Shown here one piece after another: positions 26,831 through 41,377 of a DNA stretch of 64,000 nucleotides. Each line of letters opens with the position of its first letter. Positions within the stretch are counted from its first letter, which is position 1. Made by a program: the position numbers and the translations under genes. Origin of the DNA: Perna viridis. Its lineage: Eukaryota. The notes beneath the pieces are model-generated. The model saw only the letters and a list, made by a program, of their open reading frames with translations, was not told the origin of the DNA and did no database searches. The stretch spans positions 33,228,885-33,292,884 of the forward strand of contig CM074513.1 in the NCBI GenBank assembly GCA_037379345.1, in the 5' to 3' direction.

Positions 26831-27610
26831 GCTTGTCAACTCAGTTTTGTTCTCTGTACTTCTTTTCCATTAGTCCCTGTCATATTTACAGTACATTATT
26901 ATTGTATACCACTGTCTGGTCATTGGTTGATACATCTGTCTATTTGTCAAGAAGTCATACTATAACTCAAGAATGTTGTGGAAGCTTTTTATTAGAAACT
27001 ATTTGGTAGGGAACTACTATTACTAAGGTTTTTACACACTTGACTCTTACAAGTCTGGAAGGAAGATTGGTAGAGGAGTTGTTTAGTTGTATTTGGGAGG
27101 TTCCTTTTTGTTTTCCATTGTGTTTCAGAGTTGTTGGACTTTAACCCTATAGGTTTACTCACTTGCTTATTCTATTTGATGCCTTCTGGCACATAAGAAC
27201 TCAAAACATCTCTGCCAGTCATCTTAATATTTGGGACAGTCAATACCAGAATTCTATCAATTTAAAGAAGTAGTCATGACAGTAACTTAAGATTTGTTTC
27301 CTCACAGGGATAATGTCTAAAATCAATAGATAGCACAAAAATATAAATCTCTTGCCAGGAAAAAATGTGAATTTCTTTTTTTGTAGTTTGTTGACTAGAG
27401 TACTCAGACCTGTACCACTGTAATATGTGTAGGTTATAGCGTCAGATAATAATTCTAGTCCTATACATTGGGAAAAAGTACTTTCCCAGGCATGAACTGA
27501 CAGCCTATATTCTATTGACTGGCAGATTTTCACTCATCAGGAGCTAATTACCAAAGGGTCATTGGTCAGATAATTGATAAATGATATGTCTGAAAATTAA
27601 ATTAGCTTAT

Positions 27611-27724
27611 CTGTCAACACCCTGTGGGGAGCCTACATGGTCATTAGTCTGTCAGCACCCTGTTGGACCCCCATGGGCATTCATTTGTCTGTTAACACCC
27701 TATAGGAGCCTCCAGGGGTCATTA
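27611..27724. repeat. Short degenerate tandem triplication (~38-40 bp)
   Basis: ctgtcaacaccctgtggggagcc...gtcatt repeated three times with mismatches. Confidence 0.6.
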
Positions 27725-28391
27725 AGAGAATTTTGGCAGGTTGTTTAGTAATTACATGGGTGTTTAATGAATGATGAAGGAGATAAGAACATGATTTGAA
27801 CCATTTGGGGAATGTTCTGTTCTACTTTATTTCCTGGCTGTTAATTTATTTACTTTTTGTCACCAGGTGTAAACAAATATTTGATCTGTAATAATTGTAC
27901 ATTTTTCAATTGATTACCTATAACAATTTATACTGGAATCAAACATAGCTAGTACCAGTGCTTAACATGTCCCAATATCTGATTTAAATATCTGGTTTTA
28001 AAATGATTATTGTAAAAAAACTGATATTTTAATGGTAGCAAAGTTCTATACAAAAAGAAACATGATATAGGGTGTGTTTTTGACCTCTCTGTATTTGAAA
28101 AGTACATACATGGAAATAAAACAGAGAATTATTATACATGCTAATTATTCATAGCTTGTGTGGTGTTTCCCCATCTTTCTTTCTTAAAAAAAAATATTTA
28201 TTTCTAAAGCATAAACAGGGTAACTTTACATTCTAACAAATATATTTTTATATATAAACAGGGTAGATTAAGTGTATATTGCTTGAATCAATTTTAACTT
28301 GTGATACATACACTACTTAGTTAAGAAAGAAATAAAGATCTTAAGTCGTGTTCAGAGTAAGATGTTCAATAAATACTCAAGGATTCAAATA

Positions 28392-28572
28392 AGTGATGGT
28401 CCGAGGATACAACCCTCACTTCCTAACCAAGGACCTTAGTGATGGTCCTGGGTACAACCCTCACTTCCTGACCAGGACCTCAGTGATGGTCCAAGGGTAC
28501 AACCCTCACTTCCTGACCAGGACCTCAGTGATGGTCCACGTTACATCTCTCACTTCCTGACCAAGGACCTTA
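28392..28572. repeat. Minisatellite, ~45-bp unit, 4 copies
   Basis: agtgatggtcc-gggtacaaccctcacttcctgaccaggacct. Confidence 0.92.
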
Positions 28573-31500
28573 GATCCTGAACCTTCTGCCCTTTTCATGG
28601 ACACTTTACTGGGGATTTATGGGTTTCCTAAAGTACTGGACCATTGATATGAAACCTGGAAAAGTCCTGGACCTCTCAGTCTTGAAAGTAAATTTGGACC
28701 TCTCAATACTGTTTGATAGCTACTGTAAAAGTATTAATTTTCTTTTTTTTCATGGTGGACAGAAAAGCACGAAAAAATCATACCCACAAATTTCATACAT
28801 AACAATATATGATGCTAATCATTTTTTGAAACCGCCAAAATTGATACCTGTGAATATGTTCACTTGATAGAATCAGCAAAATTAATATGTTTACAGTATT
28901 GGCAAGACTGCACAAGAAAATAAAGGTAGTTGAGATTACAACATTAGGCCAAATAAAATAAGTAGGTTTTCATCACCTCCCACTCCTAAAAAATTGACGA
29001 AAGTAAAAAAAAAATTGGGGTGGTAATATCAAAATCACGATTTTTTTAGTGTCAGTTTCTAGTATTGAGGTAATATAACACACAAATCTTTCATTTCTTA
29101 GTGACTGAAACAATGTTTTTTCTCTGAAACTGATGTTGCTATGGATTTAGAACTTATCAATACTTCAAATAGCTAAAATTAGACTAGCAAATATCTGGTA
29201 AGGAATAAAAAATAAAATCCTCCCATCTGCCCCTAATTTTTTATGAAGTATAATTTAAGTTCATTTGGCCTTTTGGGAAATCCTGTAGCCTATAGGATAA
29301 CTACCCGGTTGTATACATATATCTTGGTTTCTGACAATGTTTGATTGGTTTGGTCGGCTTGCATTTATATGATACACTGATTACTGGTACATTCATTTCT
29401 TGTCCTATAGCCTTCCTTTAAGTAACCTGTGTGTAGAAAAAAATATGCACTGTTCAATCTCATCAACAGCCCACATAAGGCAATGACATTAATTTTCAAT
29501 TTAAATATGATTCAGACATTCACCTGTCCATGGTCTTGATTTAGGACAGATGACTGACAGGGAACAGAGAGCAGGAAAGTATAGAATGTTTCTACTGGAT
29601 ATATGTACTCAGTAAAGATAACAAATGAAAAAGCATTTGTCTCCCTATATTGTATGCTAGAGAGATTATTCGTTTACCATGTGGAATTCATCATCTCTGA
29701 ACTCAACCAACTGAATAACATCAAGGTGTCAGAAACATTAACAAAAATTTTGTTATCCAATATAGAATGTTATAAACAGCTCATCATACTATCTATTTAA
29801 TAGGCTGGGAATGTAATCAAAAGTGAAGCTCATGGTAAGGGGTATAACATAGGGTAGTGCAGAAAATGGCAATGTGGGCATATCACCCATCAAAATTAAT
29901 TATATTTTGCTTTCAAGAGGAAATGGAGAAGACTAGCTTACAAAGTGTAGCTGACAATGTTTTCCACTTACTTCTGCCAATACTTCAATGGTCAGACATA
30001 TGCTTCAGGAGAAGGTTGTTACTAAGTGTGGGAATAAAATTACAAAGAAACATTTTGTTTTTTGTCAACTAAATTATGATTAATTATTCTGTTCATAATT
30101 AACTGTCACTTTAAGAATATGTACAATAGAAGAATATTTTACAAAGCTTAAGAACTGTCCTTTTATGCATCCATTAGTTCAATGACTGATTTTACATTTG
30201 GATGGGGTGGATGGACAGAAGATTTTAATGTAAAGATATAAAATACAGAGGCAGATCCAAGATTTCAAGTTGGGGGGGGGGGGGGGTAATAGAATTAAAG
30301 GCTGAGTTAAGTAAGCCAAGAAAAATTTTGGGGATATGATTTACGAAAATAAAACCAGAGTTCGTACAAAAAGAAAACGTCTGCACCCTAGGGCCCCTGG
30401 TATAGGATATATTATTAAGGAGAATGTGAAATCCAACCTATGTAGTGCTAGTTCTGTCTAGGAAGAGGACTTATGATGGTTAGTATATGGTTGAACAAAT
30501 GAGTAACAAATTCTTGCTGTCTCTTGAGTCTTACAGATACTAATCATCTGATAAGAAGAATGTAACTGTAGGTTCACAGAGGGTGTAATGTAATACCACA
30601 GATGTCTGCAAATAGCTTGCACTTTTCTGTATGCAGAAGTTGGTAGTAATTTTTGTAGCTGACATAATGATTACATTCCAAAGCATTTTCTTGTTTGATT
30701 CTGTTTGAACCTCAGGCGGTAATTAATTAGGATGATATGGAGTTTTGGCAAGATCTTTTTTATCTCATTGTGTATCAAGAGTGATTATGATACAGCTCTA
30801 CTGATTGGATGATAGATAACGGCATAAAACAGACTTGATGATTGGTCAGATAATAAATTGATGGGAGATTATTAAATGAGCTATGAACTTACCACTTGGG
30901 GATTGCAAAAAATGTTATAAATAATTATTTTGATAGACATTTAATTCTTTGCTTGATAGTAATGGTTTTGTCTTGCTGAATGTGTTCTAATATTTGGTCA
31001 GAACACAAATGTATGTAGAATGTCTAAATTAATGGATGACATTTGCAAATTAATAATGATATGCTAAAAAAAAATCTATATAGAGTTTGACATGACCTAT
31101 ATTCATCAATATTGTTCATTTTTCCCATGGCTATTGAAAAGGCATAGAATCTGTCATTTATTCTGTATCAGTTATAGAATAATTTATAGAATTTTGTGTC
31201 AAACATATGTTTTAACCTTTGGAAAGAAAGAGATTTGATGCAGAGTCATTTTCAGGACATATTTTAGGTGCCAGTCTGTTAGTAATAAAACCATAATAGA
31301 ACACAGTGATTTTCGTGCCTTACAACATTAGATTGGAATAAAAATAACAGTAATTTTGATCCAAAATTGAAATATGTCACTCCTGAGCTTCATGGCTTCC
31401 CTTTTCCTCCCCATCATTGTGACTGATGAAATACTGAAATACCCCAAATTCTAAAAAAAAAATGGAAGTTTAAAGCTCCTACGGGAGACAGGCAAGAGTT

Positions 31501-32039
31501 GCAGGAGATTACGTCATTTACGATGAAATATAGGGAGGTTCCCACCAAAAGCGAGAGATTTCACACCTATGATTACATGATGGCAGTCTTTGACTAATGT
31601 ATAGTGTACCAAGGATGTATGTTCATCATGCCTACAGGTTATTTGTTTGCATAGAAGATCATACCTGTCAACCTTTGGAACAGTTTTCTGAGAGATTCCC
31701 CCCATTTTTTACTGAAAGCAAATTTTTAATGTGAAAATTCACCTATTAACTATTTTTCACAGAACATTAAGTTATATTAACCCAAACCCCCACAAATCTT
31801 GTAGTTTTATACAGGGGAATAAATTTTTCATTGATTATGTGAGAGTCCCCCCCCCCTTATTTGAGAGAGTTAACAGGTATAGTGGTTAATCCAGAAATAT
31901 TGAGAAGAGGGGCCTGTTGACAGGCCTAGGTTGGGACTCCATTGATTTCTTTTTTTTTTTTTTATATATATAATCAATCAAAATGTTTTACCTGCTTTGG
32001 ATCTGCTTGTGGATATTATATATATTTTGTGTGTTTATA

Positions 32040-32300
32040 AGAATAGGAGATGTGATATGATTGCAAATGAGACAGTCATCAACCAACAGCCAAGCAACGA
32101 ACAATTAAACTTCTACAGGTCACCCACAGTCTTCAATGATAGGCAAAGTCCATACCATAAAGCAAGCTGTAAAATTTCCCAAAATAAATGAAGAAAGAGA
32201 AAAATTGGGCTAATCTATACAAAAAAATGTATAGTGAAAAACTGAACAAAAAAAAACAAAAATGACAGCCATTGGAATACAGGTTGATGGCTTGGTACAT
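32040..32300 (+). repeat. Abundant dispersed repeat copy (same family as 11200-11345)
   Basis: ggagatgtgatatgattgcaaatgagacagtcatc... Confidence 0.7.
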
Positions 32301-33936
32301 GCACATAAAGTATCTGGCATGGTTACAATATTTCTCATGGATATAAATAAACATTCTCTGTACCAGCATGATGAAAAACTTGTGTGTATGGCATTGAGGG
32401 CTTCACATAGCAGTTTATGGTTTGTAATATGTCATTTTAATTATAGAAAAAATAATGAACCCGACCACCAGGGAACTGATGTACAACAAAACAACTCACT
32501 TTAATAGTGATGTACAACATACATTTTATTGTCGAACAACAAAAATCAGACCACATTATTTGAGTAACTATTTAGTTAACATGAAAAATTAATCAGAAAA
32601 AAAACCCACAGTTTTGGCCCTTAGTGATATGGAAGTTACAAGTTACCCAGATGGAAGCCTTGTATTGTTGAGGATAGGACAACTAATGATTTACATGCTT
32701 ATGTAGTCTGACCTGGGTGTCACCTTGTTCAAACTATACCCATATGGTAAAATCAGACTTACAACAAATCATTATAGGTATTACACAATGAGGTGTTTTT
32801 GATTGATTCAGTTACCAGTACATGCTGTAAGTGTTAACTGAATACAAAAGCAGTTGAACAGTCCTTGGTGTAACATGTTTTTTTTGGGTTTTTTTTTTGA
32901 TTTATCAAAATACCTTATGTTGCTGGTTCATGTCTGGAACTTCCCTTCTGTTTCTGAACACTACACAAAAATATAGTCCTAATGTAATTCCTTTTATATT
33001 ACTAAATACATCTTTTATAACCTCTAGATATGCTTCTGGCAATTATTCAGCTCAATAATATTCTATTTTTTCTGCAAATAAAATTAAGATCTAGTCTTCG
33101 AAATTGACCTAGGGACTCCTTTTTGGAGGTTTAGTCTTAAATAAGCAGTAAGGGAATGAAGTTCTTGCAGTAATGTGTCAAGAAGCATTTAATATGCTAA
33201 GCATGTTCCATTTAAAACAATTGTCAGTCGAAATCTCCATCATGTCATCAATATTCTATGATTAATAAACAGGAGGTGAAGAGCAGTGATTTTAACCAAG
33301 TAAAATTGATGGGAACATTCAAATTGATGAAAAGTGTCCAGTTTGGAAAATCTTATATTGGTCAAGGAAATTATTTTCTTAAGCTAAAATTAGTTTCATT
33401 TGAGTATTATTATAGTGTAGGATAATGTTCTGTTGAAATACTTTTGAATGTGATTGCAAATTAACTTTTGGACAGGTTTAAAAAAAAATAGAAAAATAGT
33501 GAAACAGAACAAAATTTGTAAATGTGTGTAAAGTTGGATACTGTTTTCATGTAACCAAGAGAAAACAGACAGCCGAATCCAATGGACATTTTTAGTGGTA
33601 AAACAAACTTTATTGAACTTCAAGTGCTGGACATTGTTTATTTTATTGTTATAAAATTTTCTCCATATCTATAGTATCTATATTCATTGATTTTCACTTA
33701 TTTACTTGTAATTGACTTTGGTCGCCCAATTGTTCTGTAATCCTCTGTTAATCTTTATGTTTGTCATGGAGCTGAGAAACCCCCCAAGCATATTTGTCAG
33801 TATAGCAATTATCGCTAAATGATGTAATACCTCAAAATTCAGAATGTTTTATAATAAGTGTTTTATGATCCTCTGTAAAAAATATAGAACAGGTTTTGTC
33901 TAGTTTAGTCAAGAAGTCTGTCCCTGACTTCTAAAC

Positions 33937-35618
33937 TGTAGATACATATTTTCACAAGATGTAAATAAAGTTGTATATAGTGTACTGGGACTTCGCAATT
34001 ATTGCATCTCATGCAGTAAACAGTCAATTATAGACCATATGCATATAAACTGTGTAACCTGCCAATTTAAAGGGTTACAATTGGTGGAGAATCCAGGTAT
34101 TTTGCAGGTACAGCAACATCTGTTTGCAGTCTACTTTGCAAGATCCCCGGTACCTGTTATATCAGCCTACCTGACTGTGAAGAATCCCCTAAACACCAAT
34201 AACAGAATGGTTATGTGGAAAACATGCACATTTGACAGATGTTGGAACTGCCAATATTGTGAGAATGGACTTCTGTTTTCTTCAAATTGTACGAATATGC
34301 AAATCATGTGTTAAGAACATTGATTATTTTGACTTCCATCTTTGTGCCGCAAAATCATCATCAAAGTGTCGATTTCCTGGACATTTTGCAAAAATGTGCA
34401 AGTTCAATATCACACTAGATGAAAAAACATGTAGAGTGAAATCAAAATCAAAATTACGCAGAGATGCAGAGAGACTAAGGACATTTATGGAGGAAAACAT
34501 CTATGTCAGTTTTTCCTTTTGCCACGTTGAACACAATAGAACTAAGTGAATGCTTCTCTAAGACCGAACATTTAAAGCAGGAGGTCAAAGGGCTCCATCA
34601 AAGATATTATATTCTGGAATGCAAGTTAATTTGCGATCGACAAGATTTTGCGGGAGAAATTGTTCAATTAAAAACTGAAAAAGAAAAACTAATTGGCAAA
34701 ATTTACAATCTCAAGTTGAATAAGTATGAAATCATGAAAGACTTTGAAGACATGGTTGAGGAAAAAATGCATCTAAAAGAAGTTGAAAACTTAAATGATT
34801 GCGCGGCTAGAATGTACGACCAGCGTTGTGACGCAATAGACAAATAATACTAGTTGCAACGTGAAAGGACAAACTGCAAAAGCAAGTGAAAAAACATGAG
34901 GACACAATTGAAAAATTTCTAACCAATTCTCAAAATTTCGATCGGAGAGGACAATCCCATTTCCATGGAAACTTGAATCAAAGAAACCAGTTTTCTGGGT
35001 ATCATCGTTGGACATAAACATAATTACAACATGAGGCATGTCTTAATGGGAAAGAGGAACTTATCACCATATGGAAATAGATCAGGGAATATATGTTTGG
35101 ACATCTTTATTATCTGAACTTTCATATTTAATGTATAGTTTAAGACTTGGAAAGAATTCTATTATAATTATCCCTTATGCCATTAATTGCATTTACATAT
35201 TTACTGTTGAGTTTCATTTTGTTGTAAAATTGTTATTACTCATTTTAACCTGACACAGACATAATAATCACTCAATTCATTTGTCATTTGTTTGATCTGT
35301 GTTAATCCTTTAATTGTCTGTACTATTTATATGTCTTGTCGATTTGTGTTTTAGTTAGTTTTAAAGTTTTAGTTAATGACTTTAGTTCGGATTCTCCAGA
35401 CTGCAGAAAATAAAAGGTTAAGATCGGTACTCTTGCGTGTCTGGTTCATTGACTAGAAACAACCTCATCCACACGTGTAGACACATATTTTCATGAGATG
35501 TAAATAAAGTTGTATATAGTGTACTGGGACTTAGCAATTATTGCATCTCATGCCATAAACCGTCAGTTACAGACCATATGCATAGAGACTGTGTAACCCA
35601 CCAATTTAAAGGGGTATA
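33937..35618 (+). mobile_element. Short non-autonomous LTR retroelement with decayed zinc-knuckle/coiled-coil ORF
   Basis: 143-bp direct repeats at 33937-34079 (tgtag...ttaca) and 35476-35618; PBS-like tggtggagaatccaggt at 34082; purine tract gggaaagaggaa at 35048-35059; frameshifted internal ORF pieces at 34207-34847 incl. KCRFPGHFAKMC. Confidence 0.75.
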
Positions 35619-36084
35619 TTCACATCAGAAATCAGTAGTATTGACTGACATTTAGTTTGTACATATTAAGAAAAACAGTTCTAAATAATATGGGAAATTC
35701 AAAAGTATGATTACAGTTATATTTTACATCATGATTGTTCATGCTACAATTATCACAAGAATCGAAAACCCCCATTGCTATCAGCAATTTGATTATTGGC
35801 ATATGGATGGTCAGAGTATTCATTTGAATCTACTTTCCATTAGCAGCAACCAAAAAATAACTGTTTGTTTTTACTGTTAATCTTAAAGTTATTAGATACA
35901 ACATTGTAGTCTTTCTACCTACATGGACTTAGGAGCAGATACTGGAAATTAACTGATTTTTAATCAGTTTTAAGCTTACTTTGTAAAATTAAAATTACCA
36001 GCATGGGTCACTTGACTGTACTAAACTATATGTCAGATTCGTAATTCATGGTGCCAGCATCATGATTGCGAGCTGTCTCATGGC

Positions 36085-36560
36085 GGAGACAAACCATGTT
36101 ACCTACCCCTGTATTGGAAACATTATTGTACCTTTGAAGACAAACAATATAAGCCCCCTATGTAGTGACTATGTTATTGACCCTCTTAGACAAGCCGTAC
36201 CCCATCTGCGTGTTTTTGACCCTCTAAAGACAAACTGTACTACCCCCTGAATATCTTGACTGTATTGTTGTTCTACTAAAGACAAACCATACGACTCCTT
36301 CCTCCTTTTGCATGCTTTCATGCTTTGACTGTTTATTCCATTGAAAAAAAAAACAACCATACGACCCTCCCCATTGCATGTTGTGACTGTATTATTGTCC
36401 CATTAAAGAAAAACCATTCATCCCTTCCCTGTATGTTCTGACTATATTGTTGTCCACCTGAATACAAACCATACGACCCTCCCCCTGCATGTTGTAACTT
36501 TATTATTAAAGACATACCATATTTTCCCCTTTTTGTTGTCCCCCTAAAGACATACCATAT
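36085..36560. repeat. Degenerate tandem repeat, ~45-60 bp unit
   Basis: Recurring aagacaaaccatacgaccct-ccc-tgcatgttgtgactgtattattgtccc; a further piece resumes at about 37015-37045. Confidence 0.7.
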
Positions 36561-39500
36561 TAAGGTATCAGTCTTGTATTTCATATTCCTGAGTGGGTGT
36601 ACGCCAAATCATTGAGAAATATAGTGCATGTTCTTTTTTCCTTTTTTTTTTGCATACAATTATCATTTTTCTTCTGAAGTACAGGGTTAATATCAAGCTA
36701 TGACACTAAAAACTCATTTTTGAGGAAAAACAGTTTTTTGTGAGAAATAATGTTTCACAAAAAGTGTTTATTTTATGAACTCAAAATAAAAGTGAAAGTA
36801 GAAAAAGTCTATTTTTAGTTTGACCTATTCTGATGTACCAAAGTTTGTGCCTTTTTTTCCCCGAAATGCACCTTATAATGATTTTTGACATTTCCTTAAT
36901 GGAAAAATATGGTCAAAAGAAAGATTGAAACTCCATGACTATTTTATTTCAAAAATCATGAAAATCTAAGGTTTACTTAAGAAGCCTATGGGGCCAACAA
37001 TACAAGACACCCACCCTTTTTGGTGACTGTATTATTGTCCCTTTGGCTACAAAACAGGTCAGTTATCATTATGTAGGTGATAACTGTTGTGTATGGTGTG
37101 ACAGCTGATGTTTTTTTCTGGGCTGAATGTGATTTACAAGGCATGTTAACATATGCAAGGTAAACACCTGGTGAATGTTTACAGATAAATTATGTTGACT
37201 GTTACAGAGTTAGGGGCGAATTCTAATCCACTTGTAAAAAAAAGTCCTTAGTTTTGTCCTGAATGACATTTTTATGGGTCTGACTTGTCAGAATATTTTT
37301 TGTAATCATGTTGCATGTGATCTGTAGTGTTACTGTGGCTAATTAGTCTTTGTCTATTATTATTATTTGACCTTCAGATGATTTGTCTTTTGTTAATTGC
37401 TAGAGAGGAAACTTATGAAAAAAAATCATGTTCCATATGTTATGAGTATGGAACTCAATGTTGCATTTGATAAATAAGTGTTTTCTGAAATTGGAGATAT
37501 GTCATTAAATGTTGTTTACTTCTGTGCAAAAATATAGATTTTAAAAAGCTATTTAAATTGCAGAGAAAATAAAGCATAAAATTGGCATTCAAGTGTGCAT
37601 TTATTGGTGCTGTAATTGATTATTTGGATAAAACACCCATTTGATTTATTCTGCAGATGTTAGTTTTATCAGGAACTGTGTGCTGGTGTGTCTCCCCTTA
37701 TCTCATACAGATAAATAAGGGAGATAACTATCAAATTTGAAACATAAACTGCCAGTTATGAAGTTTAAGATAAATTTTATTAACTCATCACAGAAGTGTT
37801 TTGCAATAATTAAAGATAAAAGTGCAGATGAATTTTTGTTGAAAATCTAATTTTGTTGGTAATTTGTGAACAGTTTTTACACATCATGATTATACATTTG
37901 GAGATATTATGTGGATTGAATATTTTCTGTGTTCAAGCACTTCCCTAAAAATTCAATAAATGATAAAAATTCCTTTAAGTGTCAAATAGAATCCTAATGC
38001 TGTAGCTATAACTCATGTTTTCTTTACAATTATTTTTCTAGCTCTTACTTTACATTATTATGAATATAAATATTATTTAACTTTCCACATGCTTACACTT
38101 AAGAATGGCTTTAATCGAATCAAAAGAATAATCCTAAAATTCTACCATGCAGATTGGTAAATAGTTGGGAAGTGATTTGTAAAATCGTCAATTTTCACCA
38201 AAAGTTTTTACTTAATTACTGTAAGTATATTTCTTTGATAATTCAGCAGTAAAAACCATTATTATAATTGGCTAATATATACTCCATCTTCACACATCAA
38301 AGGCAGTTATACATAAATATTATGTGCTTCATTTATAGCAACTGTTTGGTTTGATACTTGTCCAAGCACCCTCTTAATTCTATACAGAAAATTCCATTTG
38401 TCAGATTGTGTAACAATTAAATTATATTTTTTCTTTGAGGAGCTGATTTAAGAGGAAGCTTACTATGTATATATGCTGACATCTGATGATTTTTTTTTAG
38501 TTTCAAGGAAGTGTGGCTATGTGGTTGTTCATTTGTGTTGGTAGGAGGTCATTTGAAACCAATGTCCAAAAACATTTTTTGATTTTATTTAGTTTTCCAT
38601 ATTTAAGGGTTCATTTTTTTATTATTCGGTGTGCCTAGATATTGTAAGTTGTTGTTGGCATATTTAATTGTAATATGTGTGAAAAAAATTACTAAAAAGA
38701 AGTAATATGGAAAAAAAACTGTAACAATTTATTTCCTCCCCATGTTGTTGCAATCTAAAGCCAAATGTTAGATTTTGACAATTGTTGTACAACTTACTAC
38801 ACTGAACATATCATACTGAAGAAAAAAAACTATCATTTCTGACAAAAATTATAAACACAGCAGTGCAATGAAAATCAACAATTAAAACTTGGCACAGAAC
38901 AATTAGTGCGTCAATTGTTTCAATATGTTAAAGATCTTGTAACAAAAGTTTTTGAGGTTTGTTACCATTGGCAATGCACTTAGCACATTTGAATTAGAAG
39001 TCAACATTGACAGGCAGCAGAGAGACTTTATAATGGGGGATTATTGTATAAATCCTTGATAAACATGTGTGCCTCTCAAAGAGTTTTTATGAAAAGATGG
39101 CTTTCTGTTTGTACAATTGTGATTGATTTCTGAAATTCAACAATTTGACAGCTTATAGCCCTCCCAAGAAGTTCTACATTTTTTCCACTCCCTTTTTGAC
39201 TTCCTGACAGTGATAACTTCTACAATCTGGTTTTGTTATTTGAGTGGAAAAACTTTGAATTGCCAACTTAAAAGAGACATTGTTCCCATATGTTGATATT
39301 ACTGAGTTTTTGCTTGGCCTGTCCTTATGTCCATTGTATCCTGTAACTTGACAGTTGCTTTACTTAGACTATGCTGGCTTCAATTATATTAGGCAAGCTA
39401 GTTTGAGATAGGACAATTTTCTATTTATTGTTTTACAATTATTTATCTTTTTTTGTTCTGTAGTTGTTATTAGCTTGCTAACTGATTCTAAAATGATGCT

Positions 39501-41230
39501 TGTGGTGATTATTTAGACATATGTTGTTTCAGAAATGTATAATGCATACCACTTATATGCTTTTAAGAAATAATGATGAAAATGTTTCTTTGAACTACAA
39601 TTACTAAGTTGAAAGTCATAATTTGAAAAAATGGTTTAGGTGTTTTATACATTATATTTAAATTTAATATGGAAGTCGTGTTTTAGAGTTGAAAATATAT
39701 ATACTTTTACATGTATAAAAGGTAATTAATACTTATGAAATGTATTTCCTTCTTCTGAACTGTTCATGTTTCTACTAATTGCCATGCATGTAATTCTGAT
39801 AGAAAGTGATAGTTTACTTGATAACAGTCAGCACCATTTCCCCACTAAGTACAGGATAATATCAGCAGTTTGCACTGTAGTATGATTTCCTCTCAATTAT
39901 GGTGCTTCAGTTTTCAAAGAGCTTTACAAATTTTTCAATTAACTAACTAAATTGTAAGATACATCTATGTATTAGCTATTATATATACATACAATATCTT
40001 TTAAATGGAAGGTTTATTAAGAGGTAAATTTTATATTTTGTGAATCAAGGGTGGAAAGAATGGCTCCAGGATAATTATATACTTCTATAATATGGCCTCA
40101 TTGAATTGGCGACTTGGCAGTGTACTGCATCATCTAAAATAATCCTACTGTCTATATCTGGTCTAAGATAATGTATAGTACTTACAGTAAACTGTGAAAT
40201 CTGAAAGTGTTAAAAAAATGGAGTTACATGTTCTGAGTAATAGTTTGATTTTTAGTGATTTCAGAATGGTAACATTACAAAACACATTCTCGGGCCAAGC
40301 TTAGCAGTGATTCAGATAGACAGAAAGGCTAAAAATAAATAGACCACACCCATATACACCTAATATTTTGTTAATAAAGTAGCAAAAGTGATGATCTCTA
40401 ATGTCAGGTGAATTCTATTCTTAAGTACTGCCAAATATGAGCTGAAGTAGAGTCTTATAAAAGGAAATGACTGTTACATTCCATGGTGTATCTAAAGTGT
40501 CAATCTCTGAATCTTGACCTGGGCTGAGGACATAGTTTTAATTACTGAGAAAAGAAGTCACTTTACATTAAGTATGGTGTAAGAGAGTTCAGTTTCAGCT
40601 TATAAGTTGTCTTTTGATCTTTGATTTGACACACTGAGGTTTTCATTTTTTTATGGAAATCTAAGTTCTTATTCAGTTAATTTTTTTCTTTGAATTTGCA
40701 TTGAATTTCAGTGTGTTTTTCTTTGTATCACATTCTGTCTGTTTTCAAGATTTAGTCTCTAGATAGATACCATGGTTTCACCAGCTTCTCTTGTTTGTTT
40801 AGTTCTGTAATGATATAAAGCTATTGAATTAAAGATTGCATGATATGATTAAATTTTTGTTTTCCTTGCAATGAAGTTTAAAATTTGTATGCCCAATAAG
40901 TATTCATCACAACATTTTCTGTTGCCATTCAGTGCTAATATTGTTTTATGGTTAAGGTTATAAGGTGCTCTCTTGTTGTATCTGTTACCTGTGTATGGTT
41001 AGAGTCACTGTCTTATGGACCACACATCTCTGTTTCACTGCTATATACAACCATATAGTGTGATTATATTTATGAATTGATTACCAATAGTTTGAAAGAA
41101 ACAGTAATAAACATGTTTTGTTGTTCTATGTCCATTCAGATATGTACAAAGGTCATTGTTGTCACTACAGACCATGTTTATCTCATTAATGTACAGTCAT
41201 GCAAATGTCAAATCTAGCACTTGAAATTCT

Positions 41231-41313
41231 TAAATAGTTAGTACCAGACTTGTATTACATGGACATGGTGTAAATAGTTAGTACCAGACTTGTATTACAT
41301 GAACATGGTGTAA
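41231..41313. repeat. 40-bp tandem duplication
   Basis: taaatagttagtaccagacttgtattacatg(g/a)acatggtg twice, about 65 nt upstream of an SMG5 acceptor. Confidence 0.9.
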
Positions 41314-41377
41314 ACTACAGTAATGAGACTGAGTGTAGTAATTAGAATAGATCATTATAGAATATCTATCATTGTAG

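Larger units (their letters stand above)
1789..41377 (+). other. SMG5: 39.6-kb phase-0 intron of SMG5
   Basis: gtgagt...attgtag. Joining the flanking exons gives ...NMQRV|AVEESRRNQLMKDMAQLRLQ, colinear with vertebrate SMG5 (...QFRMAQEEARRNRLMRDMAQLRLQ), so no constitutive coding exon appears to be missing. Confidence 0.85.

Noticed and set aside
31423-31455. Minimal hammerhead-like ctgatgaaatactgaaa
   Set aside because: No compatible stem I/III or NUH cleavage site.
35450-35471. miR-279-like sequence tgactagaaacaacctcatcca
   Set aside because: Seed and 3' end resemble miR-279, but there is no ~60-nt precursor hairpin (only a tiny local stem) and it lies inside an LTR.
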